Source: Octopus sinensis (taxonomy: Eukaryota). From it: 64,000 bases of DNA. The position numbers and the translations under genes are program-made. Shown here piece after piece: positions 1 through 13,299 of this stretch (positions within the stretch are counted from its first letter, which is position 1; each line of letters begins with the position of its first letter). The stretch is taken from NCBI RefSeq assembly GCF_006345805.1, contig NC_042997.1, positions 81,096,001 to 81,160,000 of the forward strand, written 5' to 3'. The notes under the pieces were generated by a model. It was given only the letters and a program-made list of their open reading frames with translations. It searched no databases and had not been told where the DNA came from.

Positions 1-340
1 TTGGTTCAGAGTCCAATACATTAATAATTAAGTTATGCTGAATGTATCCCTGGAATAGTTCAATTTTAGTAAATTATTGGAAGCTGGGCTCTTTTATTAC
101 TTGTTGTTCATTTGTGGCACTGATTAACCTTAAAAACTAAAAGGGCAGTTACAATCTTATTTATATGTTTCTCAGAGTGCAACTGTATTCACATTGTGTT
201 GTATATAACAGATTTCATACCGTGTCCTGTATGAATTCTTCTTATAGTGTTCCATATAACAATATTTATATTATGTTTCTTATAACATCCTTCATATTGT
301 GCTCCATATAACAATTCATCATAATGTATTCCATCTTTAT

Positions 341-520
341 GTTCTGAGTTCAAATTCCACCAAAGTCGACTTTGTCTTTCATCCTTTCAAAGTTGATAAA
401 ATAAGTAACAGTTGAGTACTGGGGTCAATGCAATTGACTTACTCCCTTCCTGAAATTGCTGGCCTAGTGCCAAAATTTGAAATCATTTTTATTATTATTA
501 TCATTATTATCATTATTATT
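341..520 (+). mobile_element. 5'-truncated tRNA-derived SINE with Nin/Deu-like central domain and (ATT)n tail
   Basis: B-box-like gttcaaattcc, then gtcgactttgtctttcatcctttc..gataaaataagta..ctggggtcaatg; same sequence recurs 7 more times in the window. Confidence 0.75.
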
Positions 521-529
521 TATCCAAAA

Positions 530-1660
530 ATATATGGCTGCACTTGACTTTCAGCAATCTAGAGAATGCCTTTGACAGGGTCTCTTGCTCCCTGATCTGG
601 TGGTCACTGTGAAAGTTAAGAGTAGATGAATGGTTTGTTAAAAACCATACAATCCATATACAGGAGTTTAGTCAGTAAGGTGAGAGTAAATAATGAGTAC
701 AGTGATGAATTAAGTGAACAGATACATGTTTCTCCAGGGCTTGACTCTCATTCCCCTCCTATTTATCATTGTCTTATTACCAATTACAGAGTTATTTAAG
801 ACTGGTTGCCCATGAGAACTTCTCTATGCTGATGACCATGTTCTTATAGCTGAATCTGTAGCAAAATTAAAAAAGAAATTCTCAATGTTGAAGCAAAACC
901 TGGATCCAAAAGGCCTAAAATGTAACTTATCAAAGACCAAAGTTCAAAGCAAGAAAGCAGACAGTATACTAATCCCTTCAGGAAAATTGCCTACTTTCAT
1001 CTGTAGAAATTCCATACAGTATATTTAGTACAAACTATGGACACATGTGAAATACAATGGAATCACAGAAAGATTAACAGAAACTACACTTTGTTTGTGA
1101 CAGATGCATAGGAGCAATAAGCACTGAGAACATATGGAAATAGATTTTTTCAAATGCCCAAGAGGATCTGTAGAGGTAGTAGATACTTTCTGTACCCGAG
1201 ATAATTAACAGTAAAGGAGGACGTTCTAAAAGTATAGCTGCTAGAATACAAACCACTTGGAGAAAGACCAGAGAGTTATTACCTCTGTAACAAAAGGCCT
1301 CTCTCTGAGTGAAAGGCAGATTTTATGATGCTTATGCATGAACAGCAACACTATATGATAGTAAAGTGTGAATTGTGGATACAGAGGACATGCAAAGACA
1401 AGGAAGAAGTGAAGTTAGCATCCTCTGTTGGATGTGCAATGTCAGTGTACACATACAATAAAGTACAAATGTGTTGAGAGAAAAAGTTGTGCTTAAAAGA
1501 TATCAGATATGGTGTGTAAGAAAGAAAACTGTATTGGTTTGGTTATGTAATGTATATGGATGAGTACAGCTGCATAAAGAGGTGCGGATTGTTAAATATG
1601 AATGGAACATATGGGAGAGGGAGACTCAGGAAGACATGGGACAAAGTTGTGAATCTGCAT
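530..1660 (+). pseudogene. Heavily degraded RTE-clade LINE RT/C-terminal fragment
   Basis: Remnants of AFDRV..SLIWWS (~570-610), ctc tat gct gat gac = LYADD at 822-836, and GRLRKTWDKVV in ORF 1550-1750; collinear with the younger RTE copies in this window. Confidence 0.75.
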
Positions 1661-2280
1661 AGGCTAATTAGATTGAACTCAGAAAGGGGTCCAGTTCTGG
1701 AAGTTAAAAAGGTCTTTCTCAGTGTGCAGATACTACAATTTTTGAATTAGTGAGCTAGACAATTGGCAATTGAGGGAAGCAGTTGTCAACAACAGCTGGT
1801 GGGGGATACCCTGAAGATGTTGACTGAATATGAGTTGGTAACATTTAGTAATGAGATAGTGATAGAATATAGAGAAATAGATTAGAAGGTAAACTAGTTA
1901 GCAAGCTAGAAAAGGCAATTAGCCAAGGCATTGCAACAAGCATGCAAGAATAGCCATTTCTTCAATACAAAACTTGAAGGCTGTGTTTTCAGAGCTGGAG
2001 CTTTTCTACTGAAACCAGCCAGAACAAAACCCATTTGGTGGACATGGTTGCAGAGGTTTGATGTGGTAACAGACACATTTCAGTCTTTGATGGACCAGGA
2101 TGAGCACTTACTATTCTGTTCAAGCAGATACATGCAGCATTCCAGTAGCACATTTTCTTAACTATTTTGAGTGATACCAGAAGCAGTTATAGACTTTAGT
2201 GTCTAACTCTTGGCAAAAGGTACAAGGTAAGAAGACATGAAAGGCTAATAACAGCAACTAAAATACAGGGGATAGTGAAT

Positions 2281-2950
2281 GGTTGTATGAAGGACAAATT
2301 GCCAAGTTTGGAAGGTCTTTCCCTATGAGTTTTATGGTATTATGCCTCTTGACAAATATCTATCACAACTGGCAATAGATCAATCTACAATATTCACCTC
2401 ATGAAAAATCATAGAGGGGCATGGTAACAAATTTGGTTTTGATGAGGCCCTAATTAAAATGAGTCAGTAGAAAGCATTTGATAGCCAAACAGACTTCGCA
2501 ACAGTTTTGGATCCATTTTTAGAGGCTGGATCACAGCAATACACAAGAACATTTGCTTGATGAAATATTTATAGCAGCCTCTTTTTGGAATCTTTTCATA
2601 TCATGTGTTCAATCCACCATGGTTGTACTCTCTCATCTCTTCTATACAGATTGGTTCTCAAACCATTGTTGAGGTGTGAGAGAGCTGTGTTGGCATATGC
2701 AGATAACATCAGTATGATAGCAATGGACACCTTAGGAGTGGAATTAGTTAACATCATTCTAAAGGAATACAAGGCAATGGTAGGAACAAATATAAATACA
2801 GACAAATGAGTGAGATTACATGCTTAACGCCTGGGAAAGTAAGTCTATGTCATTGAACAGTGCTGTGGATTGAACCAGACCCCAAGCAACTAAATGGCTC
2901 GGGGTCTTGTTTGGTCTGGACTTCCAGGTGGACAGGAACTGAAATGAGGT
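2281..2950 (+). pseudogene. Degraded L1/Tx1-like LINE reverse transcriptase remnant
   Basis: ORF 2585-2809 HGCTLSSLLYRLVLKPLLR..AYADN..EYKAMVGTNINTDK resembles QGCPLSPLLY.LALEPLL..AYADD..Y...SGAKIN..K; KAFDR-like at ~2471-2484; GLPYEFY-like at ~2311-2336. Confidence 0.6.
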
Positions 2951-5804
2951 GATGAGCAAGATGGTCAGCCTTTCTTAAAAATAGGCCAAGAAAAAGCTAT
3001 CCTTGAAAGGTTGAGCTGAAGTAATGGTGAATGCCTACATAGCCTCCATAATAATTGACTGCCTGACTCATCCCCCTTTTGGCTAGAGTGGAGCATCTGC
3101 CCTTCTGATTCCTGTGGAAGGGATGTGTTCCACTGGACAGATAGTCCATCTCAGAAAGGCAGGTTTGGTTGATGATGCATAGATATGCACTGAGACTGTG
3201 CCATCTGCAGATTTTCCTGGAGAGTAAGCAGATGTAATCTTCATTTGTAAAGCACGTTTTTCTTCCATTATGAGCCACCAATGAAGTGGGAGTGGTTTCT
3301 GATGCAACACTTACATTTGGAACTGTCATTAATAGCATATTCATTGCTCATAGAGATAGCCATAGAAACAAAGAACTCATGCTGTAGTCCAGACTATCTT
3401 AAAGAGAAAATTCCTGTAAAAATCATAGATAGTCTTCCCTACCTCCGACACACTGAAATATTCTAATATTCATTATTAATCTCATAAAGAAAATTAAAGA
3501 AAATGTCGATAATACTTTAATAAAACATTTTTATTATGTGAAATTATTTTGCTTTTGCTTTTTAGAAAACCATAACTGGCAATAATTCAAAGTATAGGTC
3601 AACAATTTCAATAGTCATTCAATTTACTTCAATTCTGAGGTTATCTATGAGGATAAATTCTTCTTTATTGTTTGTAACTAATATACTCTAGAAAAATAAA
3701 ATAAAATATAACATTGATGTAATAAATTAAATTTCCCAGACTATAAATGTAATTTTGTTTATTTTTAGGTTTTATACTACATTTCTAATCTACGGTTAGT
3801 TTAATTATAGTATTTCTAAATACACATTTTTTTCCCGTTGAGTTAGATTTTTATTTCTAAAGCACTACAATTTAGTAATCTTTCACATAGAAATAGAGGG
3901 TCTATTTTGAACTTAGTTGAGAGAAATGTATACATGTAAGAATATAACTGGAAATGCTTGGGAATTGCACTGATTGAAATATAGCATAATCACATGAAAA
4001 ACAAGGTTAATAAATGAGAAATATTATTGTAATGATACTTTTCTGAAATTTAGACATATTAACATCTTAATGCTCTCTTTAGTTAATGAGATACTCAACT
4101 GGACAAGACAAAGTTTCAAGGCTATTAATTAGTTATTTGCTTGCTCACATCGTGTCACAGCTGCTGTGCTCTGTACCTTAATGTCATAAGTATACCTTGC
4201 TATAAATATTTCTTCAATCCTGTTTCAAATGTAGGTATATTATGTATTATTTTAGGCTTATGGATATATACTTATATAAAAAAAAATGTGTGTATATGTA
4301 AACCCTTGAAAATTTCATTGCAAAAAAAGCTGACACACCCAAATACTAAGTTTTTAAATACTGGACTCAACTTTGAACTTTGAACTTTACATTGTCAAAG
4401 CAAAGGATTAAATTTAATAAAGCTAATGACTCATCCACATATCAAAAACCTTACTCTATCTACTGACTTCCTTTTTGAGAACAACTAAAAACCAATCTCA
4501 TGACCTGAAGCTGACATACCAAAATATACATACCTATTTGCAAAGTCCTACAAGCATGAATAAAATCTGAACTAAATCATAACCCCAAATTTAATCAATA
4601 GCATATTCTCCACAACACCTCTTTGTCACAACCCACCCTAAAACATGACCCCCACAAGCATTTTGTTAGCTTGCATGTCCCTCTTACACCACAACACAAA
4701 GAAGAATCCCTCAGTGACACTTCAATTCCTTCACCATATTCCTAACCTTCAGTACTCCAATTACTCACTCTTCTATATTGTTGTTGCTACGTAACCTTAT
4801 ATCAGCTTTATCACACAGACTTATGATCGAATACATTTCAGCTGTAACAATCTTAACTTTTTTTGCATTTTATTCTCCCAGTGTATCTAAGATTGCATCA
4901 ACAAACATGTTCTTTCTTTTATGATGTTGGGAGAGCATGGTTTGAATGGAATTTGCTGCTTCTTCTAGCAAAGCAAGCAACTGTATAGAAAGACCCTCGT
5001 TGGTTCATCTCTATTGTTGTTGTTTACTTAATCATCTTCAATTACCTGACTGGCAATATCTATGATCAAAGACATTTCAACCATGGCCATCTCAGTTTTT
5101 TTGATTCCATCATCTAGATGTATTTCCTTCTTTTTAAGATGGCAATGTGTGATTTGACTGCCAGTATTAGCCACTCAAGTAACCAACATAGTGGTTCCCT
5201 CATTGGCTGATCAATCATCGATGTTATTCCCCTGGATAATCAAACATATTATAGACTATTTTCAGTATTATGCACATTAGCTGAATGACTATGTTTATTA
5301 TCACTAGCAAAGAATTGTGCAAAAGTAATCTTCAGACTGACAGATATTTGGAATTTACTGTCTGCCATTACAATTCAAGACAAGATTTATTCAAATTCAA
5401 TATATAAAATATATATGAATAGTCATGCATGCATACAGTTACACATGCAAACCTAAGATGCAAACTCATTTGTGATTGTCTGCTCATATGAATATATGTT
5501 TGTGATTATGCAATAGCAGAGGCTTGTGAAAGAAAAACCAAAGTAAAAGCATAGGATAAATCTTTAGCAAAATCATAGTTGCTTCATGGTTGGAATGGTT
5601 GCAGCTACTCCTAGTTTGATGTGGTGGTTGCATGGATAACAGGAGGTGGTGGGGAAATGTGATTACAATATGGACAAAGAAACAATATGGTAGGAAGAAT
5701 TTGATAGAATTGGCAAGAATTGAAGGTTGAGTGCCCAAAGTTAAAATTTATGGAGAGAGAGAGAAGAACAGCTTTAATCAGCAGAGAGGGAGAAGTGACT
5801 AACA

Positions 5805-5805
<1 letters not shown>

Positions 5806-5852
<47 letters not shown>

Positions 5853-5920
5853 TATATACACGTGTATGTGTGTGTGTGTGTGTGTGGTGTGTGTGTGTGT
5901 GGTGTGTGTGTGTGTGTGTG

Positions 5921-5962
<42 letters not shown>
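5806..5962. repeat. Compound (TA)n-(TG)n microsatellite
   Basis: Direct reading. Confidence 0.95.
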
Positions 5963-5964
<2 letters not shown>

Positions 5965-6249
5965 GTTATTTCATATCTGCTTTCCATGTTGGCATAAGCT
6001 GAATAGTTTGACAGTATCCAATGGTTTGAAGAATCATATCTTACTCCAGTGTCTCAGTTTTTAGTCTGATCACTATTTTACAAAATGTACTGGGTGCTTT
6101 TTTTCATGGCACCAGCACTAGTGATTTTACCATTTGTATTTCCAGGCTAAAGAACCCCTTCAACTGGGTGGGAGTATATTAGAGAGTAAATTTGCTTTAT
6201 ACTAAGTGTTGATAATTAAAGTTGTAGCAGAAGTGATTTACACTGTCAT

Positions 6250-6837
6250 TGTGTGAGATGTTTTCCTTTTGCCTCTTCTAGGCTTAAATACCCCAATATT
6301 GGCTCCACAAGGCCTTTTTGTTCCAACGGTCACATGACCTCGTGATTAAACGAACCTGTTGTTTGCATTGGTCACCTTCCAGCTGTCCAGTCGTGTTGGC
6401 GCAATAGTTTATTTTTCCTTGCGTGGGAAATTAATCATCAGCTTCTGGGAGCCCACTATTCCCTATAAGTACAGCAGTTCAACTATTCTAGGTCTTTGGC
6501 ACTCACCACTAACCACATGCACAACTTGTCTCCAGCAACGATGTATCTAACACCAGCCAGTCTCCGTTTTCATCTCCATCAGATGCCTGTCTCCATCACT
6601 GCTGTATGAACATCATATGACCAACAGCTACCTCTACGCAACACCAACAGTATGTCAACTATGTCTATGACATCAACAGTCCAGCCTAACCACGAAGTTC
6701 TTTCACACATCTTTGTAATAACCTGTTGTTATGTTATGTTAATTCATGTATGGTAATCATTGTATTTTATGACGGAGAATAAAATGTCGCTTACCAGTTT
6801 AGTTTCAATCTCAAGTTGTATATATTTCTCTCCAACA
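6250..6837 (+). mobile_element. Probable solo LTR (~590 bp)
   Basis: Starts tgtgtgaga, ends tctccaaca (imperfect TG..CA inverted termini); flanks tcat/ttat (4-bp TSD with 1 transition); TATA-like tataagt at 6464; aataaa at 6778. Confidence 0.55.
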
Positions 6838-7017
6838 TTATCCTCATTAACCATCTTCATTATAAAGTATTGAAAGGACAGGAATAGGTTTGTTGTTGAA
6901 GAAGAGATACATGGCTACTCTGCATTATATAAAGTTGAGTGGGGTTTAATTGGTGTGGAACTGGAAAATGAGGTAAAGATGGCAATAACAAGGTATCAGT
7001 GCATACGCTCAAGGTAA

Positions 7018-7248
7018 GGTGGTGACCTGGCAGAAGCGTTAGCATGCCGAGCAAAATGCTTTGCCGTATTTCGTCTGCTGTTATGTTGTGAGTTCAAATT
7101 CCGCCGAGGTCGACTTTGCCTTTCATCCTTTCGGGATCGATAAATTAAGCACCAGTTACGCACTGGGGTCGATGTAATCAACTTAATGCCTATGTCTGTC
7201 CTTGTTTGTCCCCTCTATGTTTAGCCCCTTGTGGATAATAAAGAAATA
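7018..7248 (+). mobile_element. Near full-length Nin/Deu-type tRNA-SINE with alternative 3' tail
   Basis: A-box-like tggcagaagcg, B-box gttcaaattcc, Nin-like core, tail tgtccttgtttgtcccctctatgtttagccccttgtggataataaagaaata. Confidence 0.8.
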
Positions 7249-7889
7249 GGTATAAGATGAACAGAAAAGAGTAAAAGGGCAGAAGATAAGCAGAGTATGT
7301 GGGTAAAAGGTGCAAGAGTACGGGAAGAGGTTAGACATAAGGATAAGGCTGAATGTAGTGAATGATGAACTGGGGTGAAAAGGTAGTCAATGATAAATAT
7401 GAAAGAGAAGAAGGCGATAAGAATGAGAAGCAAACTTCTTAGCCACACTACCACATCTGTGCACATATGAGGTGCATTCAAAAAGTATCCACCTTTATTT
7501 TTCCCTACTACAAGTAATGTTGCATGGGCAAAATCCTTTGGATAGGAGGTGATGCCACTCCTCCTGCACATGCATGAAAATTTTGGCACTGGTAGGCCAT
7601 GTCAATTTTGGGCTGTTATGCCTAGAGTACAAACGTGTGTGTGTGTGTGTGCGATTGTCCTCTTCCGCTTTTCATTATTTAAATTCTTCTTCTGAGGAAG
7701 GAACTGGTTTCTAATAAAGATGCAGAACTCCATCATTAGAATATAGATAACAAAAACAATCACATTTCAAACTTGAGAAAAGTCTTGCATATTTTTTTAC
7801 TATCTCGCTTACAGATTGTATTTGTAATATAGAAGTTAGTTTGTTGATTTCCTTTTCATTTATGTATGCATGCATGTATGGGTGTCTGA

Positions 7890-8038
7890 CCAATTTTGAA
7901 GGAAGGAATAAGTTGATAACATTGACAAGGATGAAAGGCAAAGTCAGCTGCTGCAGAATTTGAACTCAGAACTTAAAGATGGACAAAATACCATAAAGCA
8001 TTTTGCCTAGCCTGTTAACGATTTTGCCAGCTCATGGC
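7890..8038 (-). mobile_element. Degraded Nin/Deu-type SINE
   Basis: Reverse complement of head and core (ggatgaaaggcaaagtc..gaatttgaactcagaac..gccagctca). Confidence 0.7.
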
Positions 8039-8319
8039 TTTCTTCTTTTTATATATTAGTATTCTTTCTAGAACAAGGGAATCAGTTTCTAACAAAGAAA
8101 CACAAGCTCCATCATTTGCATTTGGATATTGACAATTATAGTTGTTATATATTCGACTTTAAGAACTCTATTGTATTCTTTCTGTTCTACATACAGATTT
8201 TATCTTTATAGTTCAATTAGCCACTTTCTTTCTTTGGTATTCCTAGCTTCTCTAGATTATGGCTTAGAAATTTACCAATGATTATTGCTATGAATGTAAA
8301 TTTATAATCAGGGAAGTGG

Positions 8320-9400
8320 AGTTGCAGGTTTTGAAGCAGTTGATAGATACTCTGTTTCTTGCTTATTTTGGAAGAGATGCTCACACACGCAGAGTAACTT
8401 ATCTGTACATCTGTACATGGCTTGTCTTTTCAGTCCCAAATAGCTATGTCAGGTCTGCTATGGTTGTTATGATGGGAATGTTCCACCAGTATTCCTTGTG
8501 ATGATATGTCTGTATTCCATGACTGCCCTTGGATAAATGTTAACATTTATCCAAGGGCAGTCATTTCTGCAGATGGTGTTGTATATTGTTTTAGCAACTT
8601 CATGTCACAGTAGATGTTCCTTGATAACATTTTTGGACAGCAGCTGATTATATATGCTATATTCTTGATGGAAGAATGGCATAAATGACACAGTTGCATC
8701 TTTGGATTTTAAGAGCTTTACTGTTTTGTTCATGAGAGATTTTGTAGTTATCTCCTACTCTTAGACTGTGAAAACATAGCCTTCAAGATGTGATGTAGAG
8801 GTCACAAGTTATCATTGTCTAGTTTACGGGAAATATACCCACACATAACATTTTTAAGATGTGTAGGGTGTTTCTCTTCCACATCTTTGCTGAGATATGA
8901 GAGCCCAATTCATATAGCAGGTCAAGCCAACCCACATGATGTTTGTTGCTCATTTCATTTTACAGTACTTGGTTAATGTATCCATTTTTGCCACTATTAT
9001 TTGGAAGGTGATGGATGCTGTCAGGGAGATATCACGTGGCACTCAAATGATGTCTGCTTTAATTTTAAGCCTCTTCTTCAACTTTTCATAGGTAGAGCCT
9101 GTTGACGTCACTGTTTCTGCAGAAATTTGCAGTTAATGACAAGTTTTTATGTCTAGAAAGCAGATTTCCTCCGTAGATTAGTCAAGTATCCAAAATGTTG
9201 GTATTAGCATGGGTACTGCAAATGCATTGTGGGATATTGTCTGGTAAAATGAAATTTATGACTGCTAGCTCTGTTTAAGTCTGTTGTAATATATTCTTGT
9301 TACTCTATTCTTGCTAACAGCACCTTTACATGATATATTTTTATTTATACCTATGTATTTTTAGCACTCATTTTGTGGAATAGGGGAGATCAAGAAACCA
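8320..9400 (-). pseudogene. Degraded R4/Dong-clade non-LTR retrotransposon (late RT, zinc knuckle, restriction-like endonuclease)
   Basis: Minus-strand translation: HNAFAVPMLIPTFG (~9195-9232), HLEGYVFTV*E*EITTK (~8740-8790), Cys/His knuckle ..NIA.IISCCPK (~8635-8705), NHSRPDIAIWD (PD motif, ~8430-8465). Confidence 0.65.
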
Positions 9401-9849
9401 CTGGCACAAAAATTTAAGGTTTAGGGAACAGTTTTTCCACATTCAGTTTTGTGTATGTATATATATATATATATATATATAGTGACAAACCACTATGTAT
9501 GTGTGTATATAAATGCATACACACATGCACACACACATGCACAAGTACACATCCTTAGCACAAGAAATCATTGAGAAGATATTTCTTATCATTCTTAATA
9601 TAAAATATAAATATTCAAAAAAATATCAGACTCAAAGAAAAAATTTAGTAAGGAAACCAAGAATAATAGTAAAGCTGTACAATCAATGTCAAAAATCTGT
9701 TTTACAGCATGAACAGAAGAAATTACACACATCCTCCTACTATTTACCAAATCCCATTGTAAGTGTGCAACATTAGCATTAACTGTACTCATTTCACAGT
9801 AAATAGCTCAGCAAAGAGTTTGTGTATGGTGCAAAAGTAATGTTAGAAG

Positions 9850-11883
9850 ACCAGAGATGCTCAAAATATCTGGCAGTGCCGGCTATAGCCTAGTCACCCG
9901 TATAGTTAACCAGGTGATACACAAAGGAGTCATACCCAATGATTGGTGTAGCAGCACCATAGTCAACTGCTACAAAGGTAAAGGTGATGCTTTAGATACA
10001 AATAATTACAGAGGTATCAAGCTGTTGGATCAGGTAATGAAGGTCCCGCAGAAGGTCATAGCCCAATTAATTAGGGAGAGAGTCAATTTAGACGAGATGC
10101 AGATTGGGTTTGTGACAGGAAAAGCACCACTGATGCCATATTTCTGGTAAGACAGCTGCAAGAGAAATATCTCGCCAAAGATAAACCTCTGTACCTGGCT
10201 TTCATTGACATGGAGAAAGCCTTTGACAGGATCCCCCGATCCCTTATCTGGTGGTCAATGAGGAAACTAAGGATAGAGGAATGGTTAGTGGGAGCTGTGC
10301 AAGCCATGTACAGGGACACTTTCAGTAAGGTGAGGGTTGGCAACAAGTACAGTGACAAATTCCGGGTAGAGGTAGGGGTCCGCCAAATAGCCCCCTCCTA
10401 TTCATCATAGTCCTCCAGGCAATAACAGAGGAATTCAAGACAGGATGCCCCTAGGAGATCCTCTATGCCAATGACCTTGTCCTAATTGCTGAGTCACTAT
10501 CAGAATTAGAGGAGAAGTTTCAGGTGTGGAAGCAAGGATTAGAATCAAAGGGCCTTAGGGTTAACCTAGCTAAAACCAAAGCCCTAATAAGTAGGAAGGC
10601 AGACAAACCACAAATCCCTTCAGGCAGATGGCCCTGCTCGATCTGTAGAAAAGGCGTAGGTAGAAACTCTATAAGATGTACCCAGTGTAAGCTATGGACA
10701 CATAAGAGGTGCAGCAATATCAAAGGAAGGCTAACTGGGAAGATAGTTTTTGTATGTGGTAGATGCTCAGGAGTAATAAACACTGAAAATGTGCAGAGAA
10801 CAACTGCCCCACATTCCAGGAAGAAAAACTACAAATAGTTGTAGCTTCCATTAACTAGGTGACCAAGTCAGTAGCGGGGGAGGGTGCACTGAAAGTGTAG
10901 CTGCTAGAATAAGAATAGCCTGGGCAAAGTTCAGAGTATGATGCATATGTATGAACAGCCATGCTACATGGCAGTGAAACATGGGCCATGACTTCTGACG
11001 ACATGTGTAAGTTCACAAGGAATAAAGCCAGTATAATTCGATGGATGTGTAATGTCGGTGTGCATACTTGACGGAGTGTAAGTATCTTGAGAGAAGAGTT
11101 GGACTTAAGAAGCATCAGATGTGGTGTGCAAGAGAGATGACTGAGCTGGTATGGTCATGTGGTGAGAATGGATGAGGATAGCTGTGTGAAAAAGTACCAC
11201 ACCCTAGCAGTTGAAGGAACCTGTGCAAGAGGTAGACCCAGGAATACCTTGGATGAGGTCGTGAAGCACGACCATCGATCATTAATCCTCACCGAGGCAA
11301 TGACTAGTGACTGAGACCTTTGGAAATATGCAGTGTGTGAGAAGACCTGGCAAGCCAAGTGAGACCATAACCCGTTGCTTATGTCAGGGGTGTAACCAAC
11401 CCACTTATGCATATCTTCTTTCCTTCGTTGGACACTAAACTCTACTTGCGAAAACCTGTTGAGGCAAGTGAAATCGAAATCAAATCAAATTTGATAACTG
11501 GCATCCGTGCCAGTGGAGCGCTAAGAGCACCATCTGAGCACCATTTGAGCATGATCGCTGACTGGCTTCTGTGCCAGTGGCACATAAACAGCACTATTCA
11601 AACATAATCATTACCAGCTTCGCCTTACTGACACTTGTGCCGGTGGCACATGAAAAACATTCAAGCAAGATCATTGTCAGTGCTGCTGGACTGTCTCCTG
11701 TGCAGGTGGCAGGTAAAATCACCCACTACACTCGCGGAGTGGTTGGCATTAGGAAGGGCATCCAGCTGTAGAAACACTGCCAGATCAGATTGGAGCCTGG
11801 TGCAGCCATCTGGTTCAGTCAAATCATCCAACCCATGCTAGCATGGAAAGCAGATGTTAAATGATGATGATGATGATGGTGAT
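9850..11883 (+). mobile_element. 5'-truncated RTE-clade LINE: RT with PHD insert, C-terminus, 3' UTR and (GAT)n tail
   Basis: ORFs 9857-10150, 10210-10410 and 10524-10838 give NYRGIKLL, EKAFDR.PRSLIWW, NLAKTK and the C4HC3 finger; frameshifts and stops; ends catgctagcatggaaagcagatgttaaatgatgatg. Confidence 0.92.
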
Positions 11884-12073
11884 ATATAATGTATTTGCAT
11901 TCAGCATAAATTTGTATACAGCAAAGACTTCTGTATAAATGTGGAAACATCACCTTTCTCTTTCTCTAACAGAATGTATGGCAACTAAAAGACAAAAGTA
12001 CCACAAAAATTGATAAACTGTACCAAATCATAATATGGTGGATCTGGATTGTGTTAGTTATGTATTGGCCAAA

Positions 12074-12515
12074 GGTGAAATTCCTTTGAATTTCTTTGAT
12101 ATTCTTTAAGCTTTTAGAATTCTCTGAAGTTTTATAAATATATGAATATTTGGATTCTTCTTTCCTAATTCAAAATTTCTATCAAAGGCTCTCCAATAGC
12201 CAATATGACCACCCTTCCTTTCTTATAATTGCAAAAAAAAAAACGTTTCTTATAACTGAAAAAAAAAATGTTTCATTTGGACATCTCTCAATTTGCTGAA
12301 TTTAAGATTTGAGCTAAATGTAATATGCCATCACCAAAATAAGTTAAACCTAAGATCCTTTTATATCTCCGAGCTAATTACTGTACAATTTTATAGGTGG
12401 AATTCTTTTGAATTTCTTTGAGGTTTTAAAATTCTCTGAAGTTCCATAAATATCATATGAATATTTGGATTTCTCTTTCCTAATTCAAAATTTCTATCAA
12501 AGGCTCTCCAGTAGC
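12074..12515. repeat. Local ~125-bp direct duplication (12074-12200 and 12396-12515)
   Basis: Shared gaatatttggatt..tttcctaattcaaaatttctatcaaaggctctcca. Confidence 0.85.
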
Positions 12516-13299
12516 TAAGTGCTGTTCAAATGGATTTCACAAAACAGAAAATTATTAGAATTGCCTTGTCTCCTCTCGTCTTTTTTTCACCATTGATAAA
12601 AGAACCCAAAACTGACAAATAAATTATGTGCATGTTACTGCTGCAGTTTACTATATTGCATTTTATTTGTTTATTTAAGCAATGATTAACTGTTTTTGCT
12701 GAACTGTAAATATAAAAGTCTCTGTCTTCTTCTTCATTCCTTTCTACTTTCTTTTTTCACTTTCCTTCTTTCTCAGTCCCCCCCCAACCATCTTTTTCCC
12801 CCATTTTCATTTTCCTTCATAATTTTACCTTCCCACTACATCTATATTCCATAAACCCATATTCTTCTTTTTGGCTTTCCATTCATAGCTAAGTCTTGTT
12901 CAAATGCATTTTGCAAAATATGACCTCTCTTCCCTTCTTATAACAGAAAAATTAATTTGAATTAGTCTACGAAATCTTGTACAAACTTTAAATTCATTTC
13001 TATTGTATATTTATGGTATTGTGTAATCTCCTGTTTGGAAAAGGCTTGTATCCTTCAGTTACTCCCCACCACACACACACTGCCATCAAACTTTAAAATT
13101 TTAACAATAGCTTCAGAAACAACTAGCAGCACAACTACAAAATATAAAAATAAGTAGACAAAATATTTCTTAAACTTAATAGAATGAAGAACCTGCATGA
13201 ATTAGATGATAATTCATAGCACTGATTTGTCTCCAACCCCTTTACTAAAAAGAAAATACCTGCAGGAAAACAAATGGGGATATCCAGAATGAAATCATT

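Noticed and set aside
3564-4180. Chain of small exons suggested by AG/GT signals (~3770, 3891 and 4083)
   Set aside because: No phase combination gave a stop-free spliced frame.
7480-7620. Mariner-like terminal fragment
   Set aside because: Only one TIR-like end (tatgaggtgcattcaaaaagtatcc) with no partner or coding remnant.
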